A program made the translations under genes and the position numbers. From NCBI GenBank assembly GCA_025362735.1, contig JANYFL010000034.1, positions 3,061 through 67,060 on the forward strand: a stretch of 64,000 nt of DNA, written 5' to 3'. A model generated the notes under the pieces. That model saw only the letters and a program-made list of their open reading frames with translations, had not been told where the DNA came from and did not search any database. Numbering within the stretch: position 1 is the first letter of the stretch; each line of letters opens with the position of its first letter. The DNA is from Betaproteobacteria bacterium (GTDB lineage: Bacteria > Pseudomonadota > Gammaproteobacteria > Burkholderiales > Burkholderiaceae_D). This document shows, in pieces, positions 27,879 to 37,203 of the stretch.

Positions 27879-27906
27879 AAAAAGGCTCCCGAAGGAGCCT
27901 TTTTCT
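27879..27906. terminator. Bidirectional rho-independent terminator
   Basis: The sequence is AAAAGGCTCC-CGAA-GGAGCCTTTTT, between convergent clpB and the PEP-CTERM gene. Confidence 0.7.
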
Positions 27907-27931
27907 TATTACAGTAGATAAAGTCTTTAAC

Positions 27932-28762
27932 TTAAGCGGCGCGTTTGCGGCGTGCAAAGGCTGCGGCAGCCAGACCAATGCCGAGCAAAGCGAGCGACTC
28001 TGGTTCGGGTACCGTCGTCGGGTTAGGGTTGACCACTGCGCCATTACGCACTTGAAAGTTGTATTGGCCGAGGATGTTGGAATTCAGCGAGTGAGTGATC
28101 AGCGCGTTCGGACCACCATTGACCAGGGCACCGTTTACAAGTGAGCCGGGTAGCGTGGCATTCGACGTGGCGCTGGTCCAGTAACCCACCAGCGCAGAAG
28201 TACCGCCCAAGCCACCGGAGGGAGCACCGCTTGCAGTGCCTGCTTCCCACACTATGGTGTCGTAGTTGAACTGGATGTCGAAGTCGCCTGCGGCGATGTC
28301 AGAACGATCCGTCAAGATCATCTGAAAGTCGTTAAAGATGGGCTGTGCACCGAACACGCCAACGTGGATGTAGTTGACGCCAAAAACGGTAAATCCGCCC
28401 AACGACGCGCTGCCGTAGTTCACGGTAGAGGATCCTGCGGCTCGGGTGTCCACGTCGGCGAAAAACGGCGCGATGATCGGACCAAAGGCGCCGGAACTGA
28501 TGGCCGAAGGCGTGAACGTACTCAGCGGGTTGTTGAAGGTGATGTTGCCATTGTTGTTGACGTAGGTCTGGGTATAGTTCGTGCTGTTGATGTTTGCCGT
28601 GAAGCCCAGACTGACCAAGCCCGTTGAGCCGTCATCATTGGCGGGCAGCACGCTGGTAAATAAGCCTGAGTCGTGAATCGCGCCGGCGCTGGCTTGGCCT
28701 GCCAACAGCAAACCGGAAGTCATGGCGATTGCCAAAAGCGATTGTTTAAGTATGGATTGCAT
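27932..28762 (-). CDS. NIDO (nidogen-like) domain protein with a PEP-CTERM sorting signal
   Basis: It has a signal peptide. The NIDO pattern LPANDDGSTGLVSLGF...YVNNNGNITFNNPLSTFTP...IIAPFFADVDTR is present. The C-terminal VPEPESLALLGIGLAAAAFARRKRAA is a PEP-CTERM signal. Confidence 0.8.
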   Translation of the reverse strand: MQSILKQSLLAIAMTSGLLLAGQASAGAIHDSGLFTSVLPANDDGSTGLVSLGFTANINSTNYTQTYVNNNGNITFNNPLSTFTPSAISSGAFGPIIAPFFADVDTRAAGSSTVNYGSASLGGFTVFGVNYIHVGVFGAQPIFNDFQMILTDRSDIAAGDFDIQFNYDTIVWEAGTASGAPSGGLGGTSALVGYWTSATSNATLPGSLVNGALVNGGPNALITHSLNSNILGQYNFQVRNGAVVNPNPTTVPEPESLALLGIGLAAAAFARRKRAA

Positions 28763-29089
28763 GCTTTGCTCCTGATTATGTAGGTGAAATCTTGCAGCTG
28801 GCGATTTAGAAGCAAAATATGGGCCATAAATTTTATTTAAATTAAAACAATGACTTGCAAATAATATATCGCAAGATTGTGGTTAAGTGTTAAAGAAATC
28901 GACAAATATTATGTGTAGTCATAAGTCCGACGCGATTTTCCATAATGCAGTTGCTCCACCTTTTTGTACAACCTATGCTGCAAGGCAATAGCTGATGTCT
29001 ATAAATTTAATAAGATAATTAAAATTGATTTATTGATTGTTATTTTTAATAATGTACTTAATTTCCAATCTCAACTCAGAGGTAAAAAT

Positions 29090-29839
29090 ATGTCGCAAAT
29101 CAATTTCATCCAGCAGGAAGGTAAGGCCGTTCCCGAGGTCACGTTCCGCATCCGTCGTAACAACGACTGGGCCAACGTCACGACCGACGATATTTTTGCC
29201 AACAAAAACGTGGTCGTATTTTCGCTTCCCGGTGCATTTACGCCGACCTGCTCGTCAACACACCTGCCACGTTTCAATGAACTCGCTCCAGTCTTCAAGG
29301 CCAATGGCATCGATGCCATCGTCTGCATCTCTGTCAACGATCCCTTCGTGATGGATGAATGGGCCAAGGATCAGGAATCGGAAAATGTATTCTTGCTGCC
29401 CGACGGCAATGGCGAATTCACCGAAAAAATGGGCTTGCTGGTGGACAAGTCGGACCTGAATTTCGGCAAGCGTTCATGGCGCTATTCTATGCTGGTACGT
29501 AACAAGGTCGTCGAAAAGATGTTCGTCGAACCGCAAGAGCCTGGTGATCCTTTCAAGGTTTCCGATGCGGACACAATACTGAACTACATCAATCCGAATG
29601 CCGGTCGTCCGGATCAAGTAGCGATCCTGACGCGTGAAGGCTGTCCATTCTGTGCCAAGGCCAAACGTCAGTTGAGCGAGGCCGGTTACGAGTACGTCGA
29701 GGTACCACTGCATCACACGATTCGTTCCAAGGCCCTGGGTGCGATTGCTTCGGCCGGAACCGTCCCGCAGGTATTCATCAATGGTGAGTTGATTGGCGGT
29801 TCTGAAGCGCTGGAAGCCTATCTGAAAAAGGCCGCTTGA
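29090..29839 (+). CDS. Hybrid peroxiredoxin-glutaredoxin (Prx5-Grx, PGdx type)
   Basis: The N-terminal Prx5 domain (FSLPGAFTPTCSSTHLP) is fused to a C-terminal glutaredoxin domain (REGCPFCAKAKRQL...VPQVFINGELIGGSEAL). The internal ATG at 29090 has a GAGG-type RBS. Confidence 0.85.
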   Translation: MSQINFIQQEGKAVPEVTFRIRRNNDWANVTTDDIFANKNVVVFSLPGAFTPTCSSTHLPRFNELAPVFKANGIDAIVCISVNDPFVMDEWAKDQESENVFLLPDGNGEFTEKMGLLVDKSDLNFGKRSWRYSMLVRNKVVEKMFVEPQEPGDPFKVSDADTILNYINPNAGRPDQVAILTREGCPFCAKAKRQLSEAGYEYVEVPLHHTIRSKALGAIASAGTVPQVFINGELIGGSEALEAYLKKAA

Positions 29840-29866
29840 GTTTCAGAGATTAGAAAGAATCCTGAT

Positions 29867-31330
29867 ATGCAAACGATGCAGTCCGAAATTTCTGTTGATG
29901 TTGATGTTGCTGTCGATGTAGCTGTGATCGGCGCGGGCACGGCAGGTCTGGCGGCGTACCGCGCTGCCAAGGCAGCTGGCAAGCGGGCTGTCATTATCGA
30001 AGGCGGTCAATACGGCACGACTTGCGCGCGTGTCGGCTGCATGCCTAGCAAGCTCCTGATTGCTCCAGCGGAAGCGGCCCATACCGTAGACAAATTTCCG
30101 GCCTTTGGTTTGGAACTGCAAGGCCACGTCAAAGTGGATGGAAAAGCTGTAATGAAGCGTGTGAAATTCGAGCGTGATCGTTTCGTCGGATTTGTTTTGG
30201 AAGGCGTTGAATCGATTCCGGCTGAAGACAAGCTGGTGGGTCACGCCGTGTTTGTTGATCCGCACACGCTGTTGGTCAGCCGGAACAATGATGTGCCGGT
30301 TGCGCGGGTGACTGCAGCCAGTATTGTCATTGCAACCGGTTCTGTTACTTCGTATCCGGCGGCGTGGAAGGTGCTGGGCTCACGGCTGATTACCAATGAT
30401 GACGTTTTTTATTGGGACGACCTGCCTGAGAGCGTTGCAGTTTTTGGGCCGGGCATCATCGGCCTGGAATTAGGTCAGGCACTGCATCGACTCGGTGTAC
30501 GTATCAAAGTCTTCGGCCGAGGCGGTGGGGTTGGTCCTCTGGCCGATCCGGCTTTGCTGGAAGATGCGCGGCGCGTGTTCGGGGCTGAGTTTGATCTTGA
30601 TACCAATGCCAAAGCTGAAGTAGCCCTTGATGGTGATCGGGTGCAGGTGAAATTCCGTGATCATCAAGGGACTGAAGTGATCGAATATTTTGATTATTTA
30701 CTGGCTGCGACAGGACGTGCGGCCAATGTCCATCATCTCGATTTGGAGAAAACCGGATTGGTAAGAGATCATCAGGGCGTGCCGGTGTTCAACCGTGAAA
30801 CCCTGCAGTGTGGTCATTCTCACATCTTCATTGCCGGCGATGCCAATGCCGAAGTGCAACTTTTGCATGAGGCTGCAGATGAGGGCCGTATTGCCGGTGA
30901 TAATGCCGCGCATTTTCCTGATGTTAAATCTGGTTTGCGTCGTGCTGGCCTCGCTGCCGTATTTACCGATCCACAGATTGCCATTGTTGGTGGTGGTTAT
31001 CGGGCAGCGCAAAAAAAGCCCCATGTTACCGGCGAAGTCTCCTTCGTTAACCAGGGCCGTTCACGCGTCATGCTGCGCAATCAGGGCAGACTGCATGTCT
31101 ATGCCGATAGCCAGAATGGCAAGTTTCTCGGCGCGGAAATGCTGGGGCCCGATGCGGAACACATTGCCCACCTTTTGGCGTGGGCACTACAGATGAATCT
31201 GACCATTTCGCAAATGCTGGAAATGCCGTTCTATCACCCTGTGGTCGAGGAGGGACTGCGCACAGCCCTACGTGATGCTCAAGTTAAACTAGGTGCTGCA
31301 CAAATGCAGGCTGAGTTACAAACGGCTTGA
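29867..31330 (+). CDS. FAD-dependent pyridine nucleotide-disulfide oxidoreductase (dihydrolipoyl dehydrogenase family)
   Basis: It has an FAD fold (VAVIGAGTAGLAA), a redox-active disulfide (GTTCARVGCMPSK), an NAD fold (VAVFGPGIIGLELG) and a C-terminal interface His-Glu pair (FYHPVVEE). Confidence 0.8.
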   Translation: MQTMQSEISVDVDVAVDVAVIGAGTAGLAAYRAAKAAGKRAVIIEGGQYGTTCARVGCMPSKLLIAPAEAAHTVDKFPAFGLELQGHVKVDGKAVMKRVKFERDRFVGFVLEGVESIPAEDKLVGHAVFVDPHTLLVSRNNDVPVARVTAASIVIATGSVTSYPAAWKVLGSRLITNDDVFYWDDLPESVAVFGPGIIGLELGQALHRLGVRIKVFGRGGGVGPLADPALLEDARRVFGAEFDLDTNAKAEVALDGDRVQVKFRDHQGTEVIEYFDYLLAATGRAANVHHLDLEKTGLVRDHQGVPVFNRETLQCGHSHIFIAGDANAEVQLLHEAADEGRIAGDNAAHFPDVKSGLRRAGLAAVFTDPQIAIVGGGYRAAQKKPHVTGEVSFVNQGRSRVMLRNQGRLHVYADSQNGKFLGAEMLGPDAEHIAHLLAWALQMNLTISQMLEMPFYHPVVEEGLRTALRDAQVKLGAAQMQAELQTA

Positions 31331-31440
31331 AGTTTCTGCTTTTCCTTATTGGCACTATTAAAGGGAGTGGTGAAAGTGTGGATAAGCTTGTCATTAACAT
31401 TTCCAATGGGTGAAAACGGGATACCGCATCATGAAATGAC

Positions 31441-31465
31441 TTCTGCTGCGTGGCAGCAGAAATTT
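31441..31465 (+). terminator. Possible terminator hairpin after the flavoprotein gene
   Basis: The sequence is TTCTGCTGC-GTG-GCAGCAGAA followed by ATTT. The U-tract is short. Confidence 0.3.
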
Positions 31466-31594
31466 CCCACATGCGAAAATTATTTTTCATATTGCGGTAA
31501 TATTATTGCAAGTATATGTTTTTAATAAATTAAAAAATTGGTCTTATATAAGATACAGGCCTTGTTGCATAGCGAGATTCTTTCTAAGATTTGA

Positions 31595-31609
31595 TGATAA
31601 TAATTATCA
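31595..31609. promoter_or_regulatory. Perfect Fur-box palindrome (7-1-7) upstream of aceA
   Basis: TGATAATAATTATCA is identical to the 7-1-7 Fur consensus TGATAAT-N-ATTATCA. It ends 30 nt upstream of the aceA ATG. Confidence 0.5.
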
Positions 31610-31638
31610 TTGAATAACCTTAGCTGGAGTCTGTAGAA

Positions 31639-32934
31639 ATGAGTGCAAGAATGCTTGAAATTCAAAAGTTGCAAAAGGATTGGGATACCAATCCACGCTG
31701 GAAAGGGATTAAGCGCCCCTACACAGCAGAAGAGGTGATTCGCCTGCGCGGTTCGATCCAGATCGAACACACATTGGCCAAGCGTGGTGCCGAAAAATTG
31801 TGGGACCTGGTTAACAATGAGCCCTTTATCAATGCCCTCGGAGCGCTGACTGGCAATCAGGCGATGCAGCAGGTCAAGGCCGGTTTGAAAGCCATTTATT
31901 TGTCCGGCTGGCAAGTTGCAGGCGATGCCAACATCGCTGGCGAAATGTATCCCGATCAATCTCTGTATCCGGCCAATTCGGTGCCAATGGTCGTTAAGCG
32001 CATCAACAACACCTTTCAACGCGCCGACCAGATTCAGTGGAGCGAAGGCAAGAACGACATCGATTACTTCGCGCCGATCGTCGCCGATGCTGAAGCCGGT
32101 TTTGGTGGTGTGCTCAATGCGTTTGAGCTGATGAAATCGATGATTGAAGCGGGCGCTGCAGGCGTTCACTTTGAAGATCAACTGGCCTCAGTCAAGAAAT
32201 GTGGCCACATGGGCGGCAAGGTCTTGGTACCCACCCGTGAAGCTGTTGAAAAGCTCGTCGCTGCACGTCTTGCCGCTGATGTGATGGGTACGCCTACTCT
32301 GGTTGTTGCCCGTACCGATGCGGAAGCTGCTGATTTGCTGACTTCAGACATTGACGACAACGACAAACCCTTCTGCACCGGTGAACGCACGGTTGAAGGT
32401 TTCTACAAGACCACGGCGGGTCTGGACCAAGCCATTTCGCGCGGTCTGGCTTACTGCGACTACGCCGACTTGGTCTGGTGCGAAACCGGCAAGCCTGATC
32501 TGGCTTATGCCCAACAGTTTGCCGATGCCATTCATGCCAAGTACCCCGGCAAGATGCTGGCCTACAACTGCTCACCTTCGTTCAACTGGAAGAAAAATCT
32601 GGACGACGCCACGATTGCCAAGTTCCAAAAGTCACTCGGTGCAATGGGTTACAAGTTCCAGTTCATCACCTTGGCAGGTTTCCACGCACTCAACTACTCG
32701 ATGTTCAACCTGGCCTACGGCTATGCGCGCGACAACATGAGTGCATTCGTCGAAATGCAGGAAGCCGAGTTTGCAGCGGCTGACAAGGGTTTTACTGCAG
32801 TCAAGCATCAACGCGAAGTTGGTACAGGTTACTTCGATGCCGTGACCCAAACGATTCAGGGTGGGCAGTCATCGACAACCGCTTTACATGGATCCACCGA
32901 GAATGAGCAATTTTTTGATAAGAAAGTCGCTTAA
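31639..32934 (+). CDS. aceA: Isocitrate lyase
   Basis: It is 431 aa with the catalytic signature KKCGHMGGK, an N-terminal ...[25 protein letters not shown] and a C-terminal ...HGSTENEQF. Confidence 0.95.
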   Translation: MSARMLEIQKLQKDWDTNPRWKGIKRPYTAEEVIRLRGSIQIEHTLAKRGAEKLWDLVNNEPFINALGALTGNQAMQQVKAGLKAIYLSGWQVAGDANIAGEMYPDQSLYPANSVPMVVKRINNTFQRADQIQWSEGKNDIDYFAPIVADAEAGFGGVLNAFELMKSMIEAGAAGVHFEDQLASVKKCGHMGGKVLVPTREAVEKLVAARLAADVMGTPTLVVARTDAEAADLLTSDIDDNDKPFCTGERTVEGFYKTTAGLDQAISRGLAYCDYADLVWCETGKPDLAYAQQFADAIHAKYPGKMLAYNCSPSFNWKKNLDDATIAKFQKSLGAMGYKFQFITLAGFHALNYSMFNLAYGYARDNMSAFVEMQEAEFAAADKGFTAVKHQREVGTGYFDAVTQTIQGGQSSTTALHGSTENEQFFDKKVA

Positions 32935-33067
32935 TAAAAGGGCTGCTAAAAGCCAACAACGAAAGCGAACCAACTAGAAGAAGAGGGGAGGTGTCCGGCA
33001 CACTGCCTGGCATGGTGTTGGAGATAAACCCCAGGAGGCCGCACATCCCCCTGTGCGGCATTTGGTA

Positions 33068-33100
33068 CCGTGGCAGAAAATCTCTGCCACGGTTTTTTTT
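33068..33100 (+). terminator. Rho-independent terminator of aceA
   Basis: The sequence is CCGTGGCAG-AAAATCT-CTGCCACGG followed by T8. Confidence 0.75.
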
Positions 33101-33181
33101 CGCCTGAATTATTCCCGGCAACACGAAATTGCTTTTTCCTTGCTGTTACCATCGCCGCTTTTCTGAACATACCCACGCCCC

Positions 33182-34453
33182 TTGGCCAGCATGTCCATAT
33201 CAGTACCTCCACTTAAACCCAGATCAGTTGCCGTAATTGGTGGTGGCCCGGCCGGATTGATGGCGGCTGAAATCTTGGCGCGTGCAGGAGTGCGAGTTGA
33301 ATTGTTTGATGCGATGCCATCGGTCGGTCGCAAATTTTTATTGGCCGGTAAAGGGGGCATGAATTTGACCCATTCTGAATCCCTCACTTCATTTCTTGGG
33401 CGCTATGGTGCGCGGCGAGCCCAAGTTGAGAAACTGCTCAATGTCTTTGGACCACAAGACTTGCGCGATTGGGTGCATGGTCTGGGGATTGAAACCTTTG
33501 TTGGTTCGTCTGGCCGTGTGTTTCCAAAAGACATGAAGGCCGCCCCACTGTTACGTGCCTGGCTCCGGCGCTTGCGTGAGATGGGTGTGCAGTTCCATAT
33601 GCGACATCGTTGGCTCGGATGGGTTAATGATTCCACCATGGTTCAAAGATTCGAAACGCCAAACGGGGAACGACAAGTTGAAGTCGATGCCACTGTACTC
33701 GCGCTGGGTGGCGGTAGTTGGTCACGACTAGGATCGGATGGACATTGGGTTTCCACATTGAATTCACGTGGTGTCAATGTGGCCTCACTGCGCCCGGCTA
33801 ACTGTGGGTTCGACATCGTAGGGAGTGAACATTTTTGGCAACGCTTTGCGGGACAAGCGTTGAAAACGATTGGGCTCAGTTGGACGGATCGTCACGGTTT
33901 GAAGCGAGATCAAAAGGGTGAGCTTCTGATCACAGCAACCGGCGTGGAAGGCAGTCTGATCTATGCAATGTCAGGGCCGCTACGAGATGAAATCGAAGCC
34001 AGTGGTAGAGCAACCATTTTTCTGGACTTGTTGCCGGACCGTGAACTTCAACGTGTGCTTGAGGAAGTCTCGCGACCGCGCGGCAGCCGTTCGTGGGGCA
34101 GCCATTTGCAAAGTCAGGTCGGCATCAAGGATGTGAAAGCCGGGTTGCTGCGTGAATATTTATCTGCAGCAGAAATGATTGACTTGAATCGGCTGGCCAC
34201 GACACTCAAAGCCTTGCCAATTCGACTCGTTGCAACGCGTCCCATTGACGAAGCAATCAGTACGGCAGGCGGAGTCCGCTTTGAGGCCCTGCATCAGGAC
34301 GAGTGGCCCTTGATGCTGCGAGCCTTACCGGGTGTTTTCTGTGCCGGTGAAATGCTGGACTGGGAAGCGCCGACCGGGGGTTATTTGCTGACTGCGTGCT
34401 TTGCGAGTGGGGTCGTGGCAGGACACGGCGTTTTGTCGTGGTTGAATAAGTAG
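33182..34453 (+). CDS. TIGR03862-type (BaiN/HI0933-like) flavoprotein
   Basis: The sequence VAVIGGGPAGLMAAEILARAG...DAMPSVGRKFLLAGKGGMNLTHSE is present, with a C-terminal GEMLDWEAPTGGYLL. Confidence 0.8.
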   Translation: MASMSISVPPLKPRSVAVIGGGPAGLMAAEILARAGVRVELFDAMPSVGRKFLLAGKGGMNLTHSESLTSFLGRYGARRAQVEKLLNVFGPQDLRDWVHGLGIETFVGSSGRVFPKDMKAAPLLRAWLRRLREMGVQFHMRHRWLGWVNDSTMVQRFETPNGERQVEVDATVLALGGGSWSRLGSDGHWVSTLNSRGVNVASLRPANCGFDIVGSEHFWQRFAGQALKTIGLSWTDRHGLKRDQKGELLITATGVEGSLIYAMSGPLRDEIEASGRATIFLDLLPDRELQRVLEEVSRPRGSRSWGSHLQSQVGIKDVKAGLLREYLSAAEMIDLNRLATTLKALPIRLVATRPIDEAISTAGGVRFEALHQDEWPLMLRALPGVFCAGEMLDWEAPTGGYLLTACFASGVVAGHGVLSWLNK

Positions 34454-34457
34454 GGCA

Positions 34458-36074
34458 TCAAGGTTTTTTCACTATGCTCAAGGCCACGGCTTCAGCCACT
34501 TCAATGCCGTCAATGGCTGCGGAATAAATTCCGCCCGCATAACCGGCACCTTCACCAGCGGGATAAAGTCCCTTGACGTTGACGCTTTGATAATCGTTGC
34601 CACGCTTGATGCGGATCGGTGACGAGGTACGCGTCTCCACACCGGTCAAGACTGCATCGTCCATGGCAAAGCCTTTGATCTGCTTGTCCATTGCTGGCAG
34701 CGCTTCGCGCATCGCAGCGATCGCGTAATCGGGCAATGCAGAGCTGAGGTCAGTCGGATGCACTCCAGGCTTATACGAAGGGATGACCGACCCTAACGCA
34801 CTGGAAGGGCGTCCAGCGATGAAATCACCCACCCGCTGGCCCGGCGCAAAATAATCGCCGCCACCCAGTTCAAAGGCGCGGCTTTCCCAATGCCGTTGAA
34901 AGTCGATGCCCGCAAGCGGCTTGTCCGGTGAATAGTCTGGATAGTCTGTTGGTTCAATGCCCACAACGATGCCCGCATTGGCGTTGCGCTCAGCGCGTGA
35001 ATATTGACTCATGCCATTCGTGACCACTCGGCCTGGCTCCGATGTGGCCGCGACCACGGTTCCGCCAGGGCACATACAAAAGCTGTAGACCGAACGCCCA
35101 TTCTTTGCGTGATGAACCAGCTTGTAATCAGCAGCGCCTAATAGCGGATGCCCTGCAAAATTGCCGTAACGACAACGGTCGATCAGGCCTTGAGGATGTT
35201 CGATGCGAAAGCCAATCGAAAACGGTTTGGCCTCGATGTAAACGCCGGCCGCATGCAGCATCTCGAAAGTATCGCGGGCGCTATGCCCAATGGCGAGCAC
35301 GACGTGAGCGGCTTCAAGCACTTCGCCACTCGCAAGTGTTAATCCTGTGACTTGTCCGCCTTCAATATGCAAAGCGTCAAGCTTTTGTTGAAAGCGAATT
35401 TCACCACCGAGCGCTTCAATATCAGCACGCATTTTTTCCACCATGCTGACCAAACGAAAGGTGCCGATGTGAGGTTTGCTGACGTAAAGAATTTCCTCGG
35501 GTGCCCCGGCCTTGATGAATTCCTTCAGTACCTTTCGCCCGTAATGCTTCGGGTCCTTGATCTGGCTGTACAACTTGCCATCAGAGAATGTGCCCGCGCC
35601 GCCTTCGCCGAACTGCACATTCGATTCCGGATCCAGCGTGCTTTTACGCCACAGGCCCCAGGTGTCCTTGGTGCGCTCACGCACTGCCTTCCCACGTTCG
35701 AGAATGATGGGACAGAAACCCATCTGCGCCAGAATCAGACCCGCGAACAAGCCGCAGGGACCCATGCCGATAACGACCGGGCGCGACGTGCCAGATGGCT
35801 TCAACTGAGTCACAAAGTGATAGTCCATGTCCGGCGTGAGTCCGACCGGATGACTGGATGCCAGGCGCGACCGCACTGCGGCTTCATCAATGACTTCGAC
35901 ATCGAGCGTGTAAATAAGGCTGATTGCCGAACGCTTGCGGGCATCGACACCGCGGCGATAAATCGTGTAGCTGATTAATTCAGCAGCTTTGATCGCAAGA
36001 CGGCCGAGAATCGCCGCCTTCAGTTCCGCTTCGTCATGGTCGAGCGGCAATTTCACTTCATTCAAGCGCAACAT
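34458..36074 (-). CDS. FAD-dependent oxidoreductase (COG2509-type, uncharacterised dehydrogenase)
   Basis: It is 538 aa with an N-terminal ferredoxin-like segment (MLRLNEVKLPLDHDE...YRRGVDARK), an FAD fold (VVIGMGPCGLFAGL) and the motif FGEGGAGTFSDGKL. Confidence 0.8.
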   Translation of the reverse strand: MLRLNEVKLPLDHDEAELKAAILGRLAIKAAELISYTIYRRGVDARKRSAISLIYTLDVEVIDEAAVRSRLASSHPVGLTPDMDYHFVTQLKPSGTSRPVVIGMGPCGLFAGLILAQMGFCPIILERGKAVRERTKDTWGLWRKSTLDPESNVQFGEGGAGTFSDGKLYSQIKDPKHYGRKVLKEFIKAGAPEEILYVSKPHIGTFRLVSMVEKMRADIEALGGEIRFQQKLDALHIEGGQVTGLTLASGEVLEAAHVVLAIGHSARDTFEMLHAAGVYIEAKPFSIGFRIEHPQGLIDRCRYGNFAGHPLLGAADYKLVHHAKNGRSVYSFCMCPGGTVVAATSEPGRVVTNGMSQYSRAERNANAGIVVGIEPTDYPDYSPDKPLAGIDFQRHWESRAFELGGGDYFAPGQRVGDFIAGRPSSALGSVIPSYKPGVHPTDLSSALPDYAIAAMREALPAMDKQIKGFAMDDAVLTGVETRTSSPIRIKRGNDYQSVNVKGLYPAGEGAGYAGGIYSAAIDGIEVAEAVALSIVKKP

Positions 36075-36162
36075 ACGTATTCCTTCCAGATGAACCCTGG
36101 TTATGGGTCAGGCCGCAATTTTAATCTATGACTATCGTCACTACATTTGGCACAATCCGTTC

Positions 36163-37104
36163 ATGACTGATTCAGATCACCAACACGAGCGTACTTTCCT
36201 GAGCGGCTGGATCGATACCCACTGTCATCTCGACGCAGCTGAGTTCGATGCAGATCGTGATGTCGTGATCGCTCAAGCGCAAAAGGCGGGTCTCAGCCAT
36301 ATTGTCATTCCCGCCGTCGCGGCTTCCAACTTCGGCATCGTCGCGCAACTTGCGGCGAAAACTTCCGGTGCGGTCTATGCGCTGGGGATCCATCCGCTAT
36401 ACACACCACAGGCCAATGAGTCCGATCTGGTCACACTTCGTGCGGCTATTGCAGCGGCATTAAGCGATCCGCGCTTTGTGGCGATTGGTGAAATCGGGCT
36501 GGATTATTTCGTCCCTGAATTAAGCACACCCGAAGCACGTCAACGCCAGGAATGGTTTTATGCCGAGCAGCTTCGGCTGGCATTGGAGTTCAATCTTCCA
36601 GTGCTGTTACATGTGCGCCGTTCCCAGGATGCGCTGCTTAAACCGCTACGACAGATTCAAACCAAAGGCTGGAATGCTGGCGGCATTGCGCATGCCTTTA
36701 ACGGCAGCCGACAACAGGCCGATGCTTTTATCTCATTGGGATTCAAGTTGGGCTTTGGTGGTACCTTGACCTATGAACGCTCGTTGCAGATTCGTCGTCT
36801 GGCCGCAGAGTTGCCTGAAGCTTCGCTCGTTCTCGAAACGGATGCGCCGGACATTCCGCCCGCATGGCTGCATCATGGCCGTGGCGTGAATGGGCGCAAT
36901 GCGCCGCACGAGTTGCCACGTATCGCAGAGAGTCTGGCTGCATTGCGAGGATGGTCGTTGGAACAAACAATGACAGCAACAAGCCGTAATGCCATGGAAG
37001 TGCTGCCACGCATGCGGGTGTTGAAAGAAAAAACAGCCCCTATCCCAACCTTCCCCCAATGGGGGAAGGAGCTTCAATCCCCTCCCTCTCTGGGGGAGGG
37101 TTAG
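36163..37104 (+). CDS. TatD-family metal-dependent hydrolase (C-terminus reads into a REP-like repeat cluster)
   Basis: Motifs IDTHCHLD, IGEIGLDY, PVLLHVR, GIAHAF and LETDAPD are present. The last ~30 aa (..PIPTFPQWGKELQSPPSLGEG) are encoded by palindromic repeats. Confidence 0.85.
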   Translation: MTDSDHQHERTFLSGWIDTHCHLDAAEFDADRDVVIAQAQKAGLSHIVIPAVAASNFGIVAQLAAKTSGAVYALGIHPLYTPQANESDLVTLRAAIAAALSDPRFVAIGEIGLDYFVPELSTPEARQRQEWFYAEQLRLALEFNLPVLLHVRRSQDALLKPLRQIQTKGWNAGGIAHAFNGSRQQADAFISLGFKLGFGGTLTYERSLQIRRLAAELPEASLVLETDAPDIPPAWLHHGRGVNGRNAPHELPRIAESLAALRGWSLEQTMTATSRNAMEVLPRMRVLKEKTAPIPTFPQWGKELQSPPSLGEG

Positions 37105-37175
37105 GGTGGGGGCCACTGTCATGCCAGCCTATTGCTTATCTTCTGCCTAACCTCCCCCTTGAAAGAGGAGGAAGC
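37040..37175. repeat. Cluster of three G/C-rich REP-like hairpins
   Basis: The three hairpins are CCTTCCCCC-AAT-GGGGGAAGG (37049-37069), CCTCCC-TCTCTGG-GGGAGG (37081-37099) and CCTCC-N11-GGAGG (37151-37171). They give the spurious GEG/WGEG-type translations seen in track ORFs 37059..37271 and 36733..37122. Confidence 0.5.
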
Positions 37176-37203
37176 TCAGCAAGCGTTGAAAGAAAAAGAA
37201 TAA

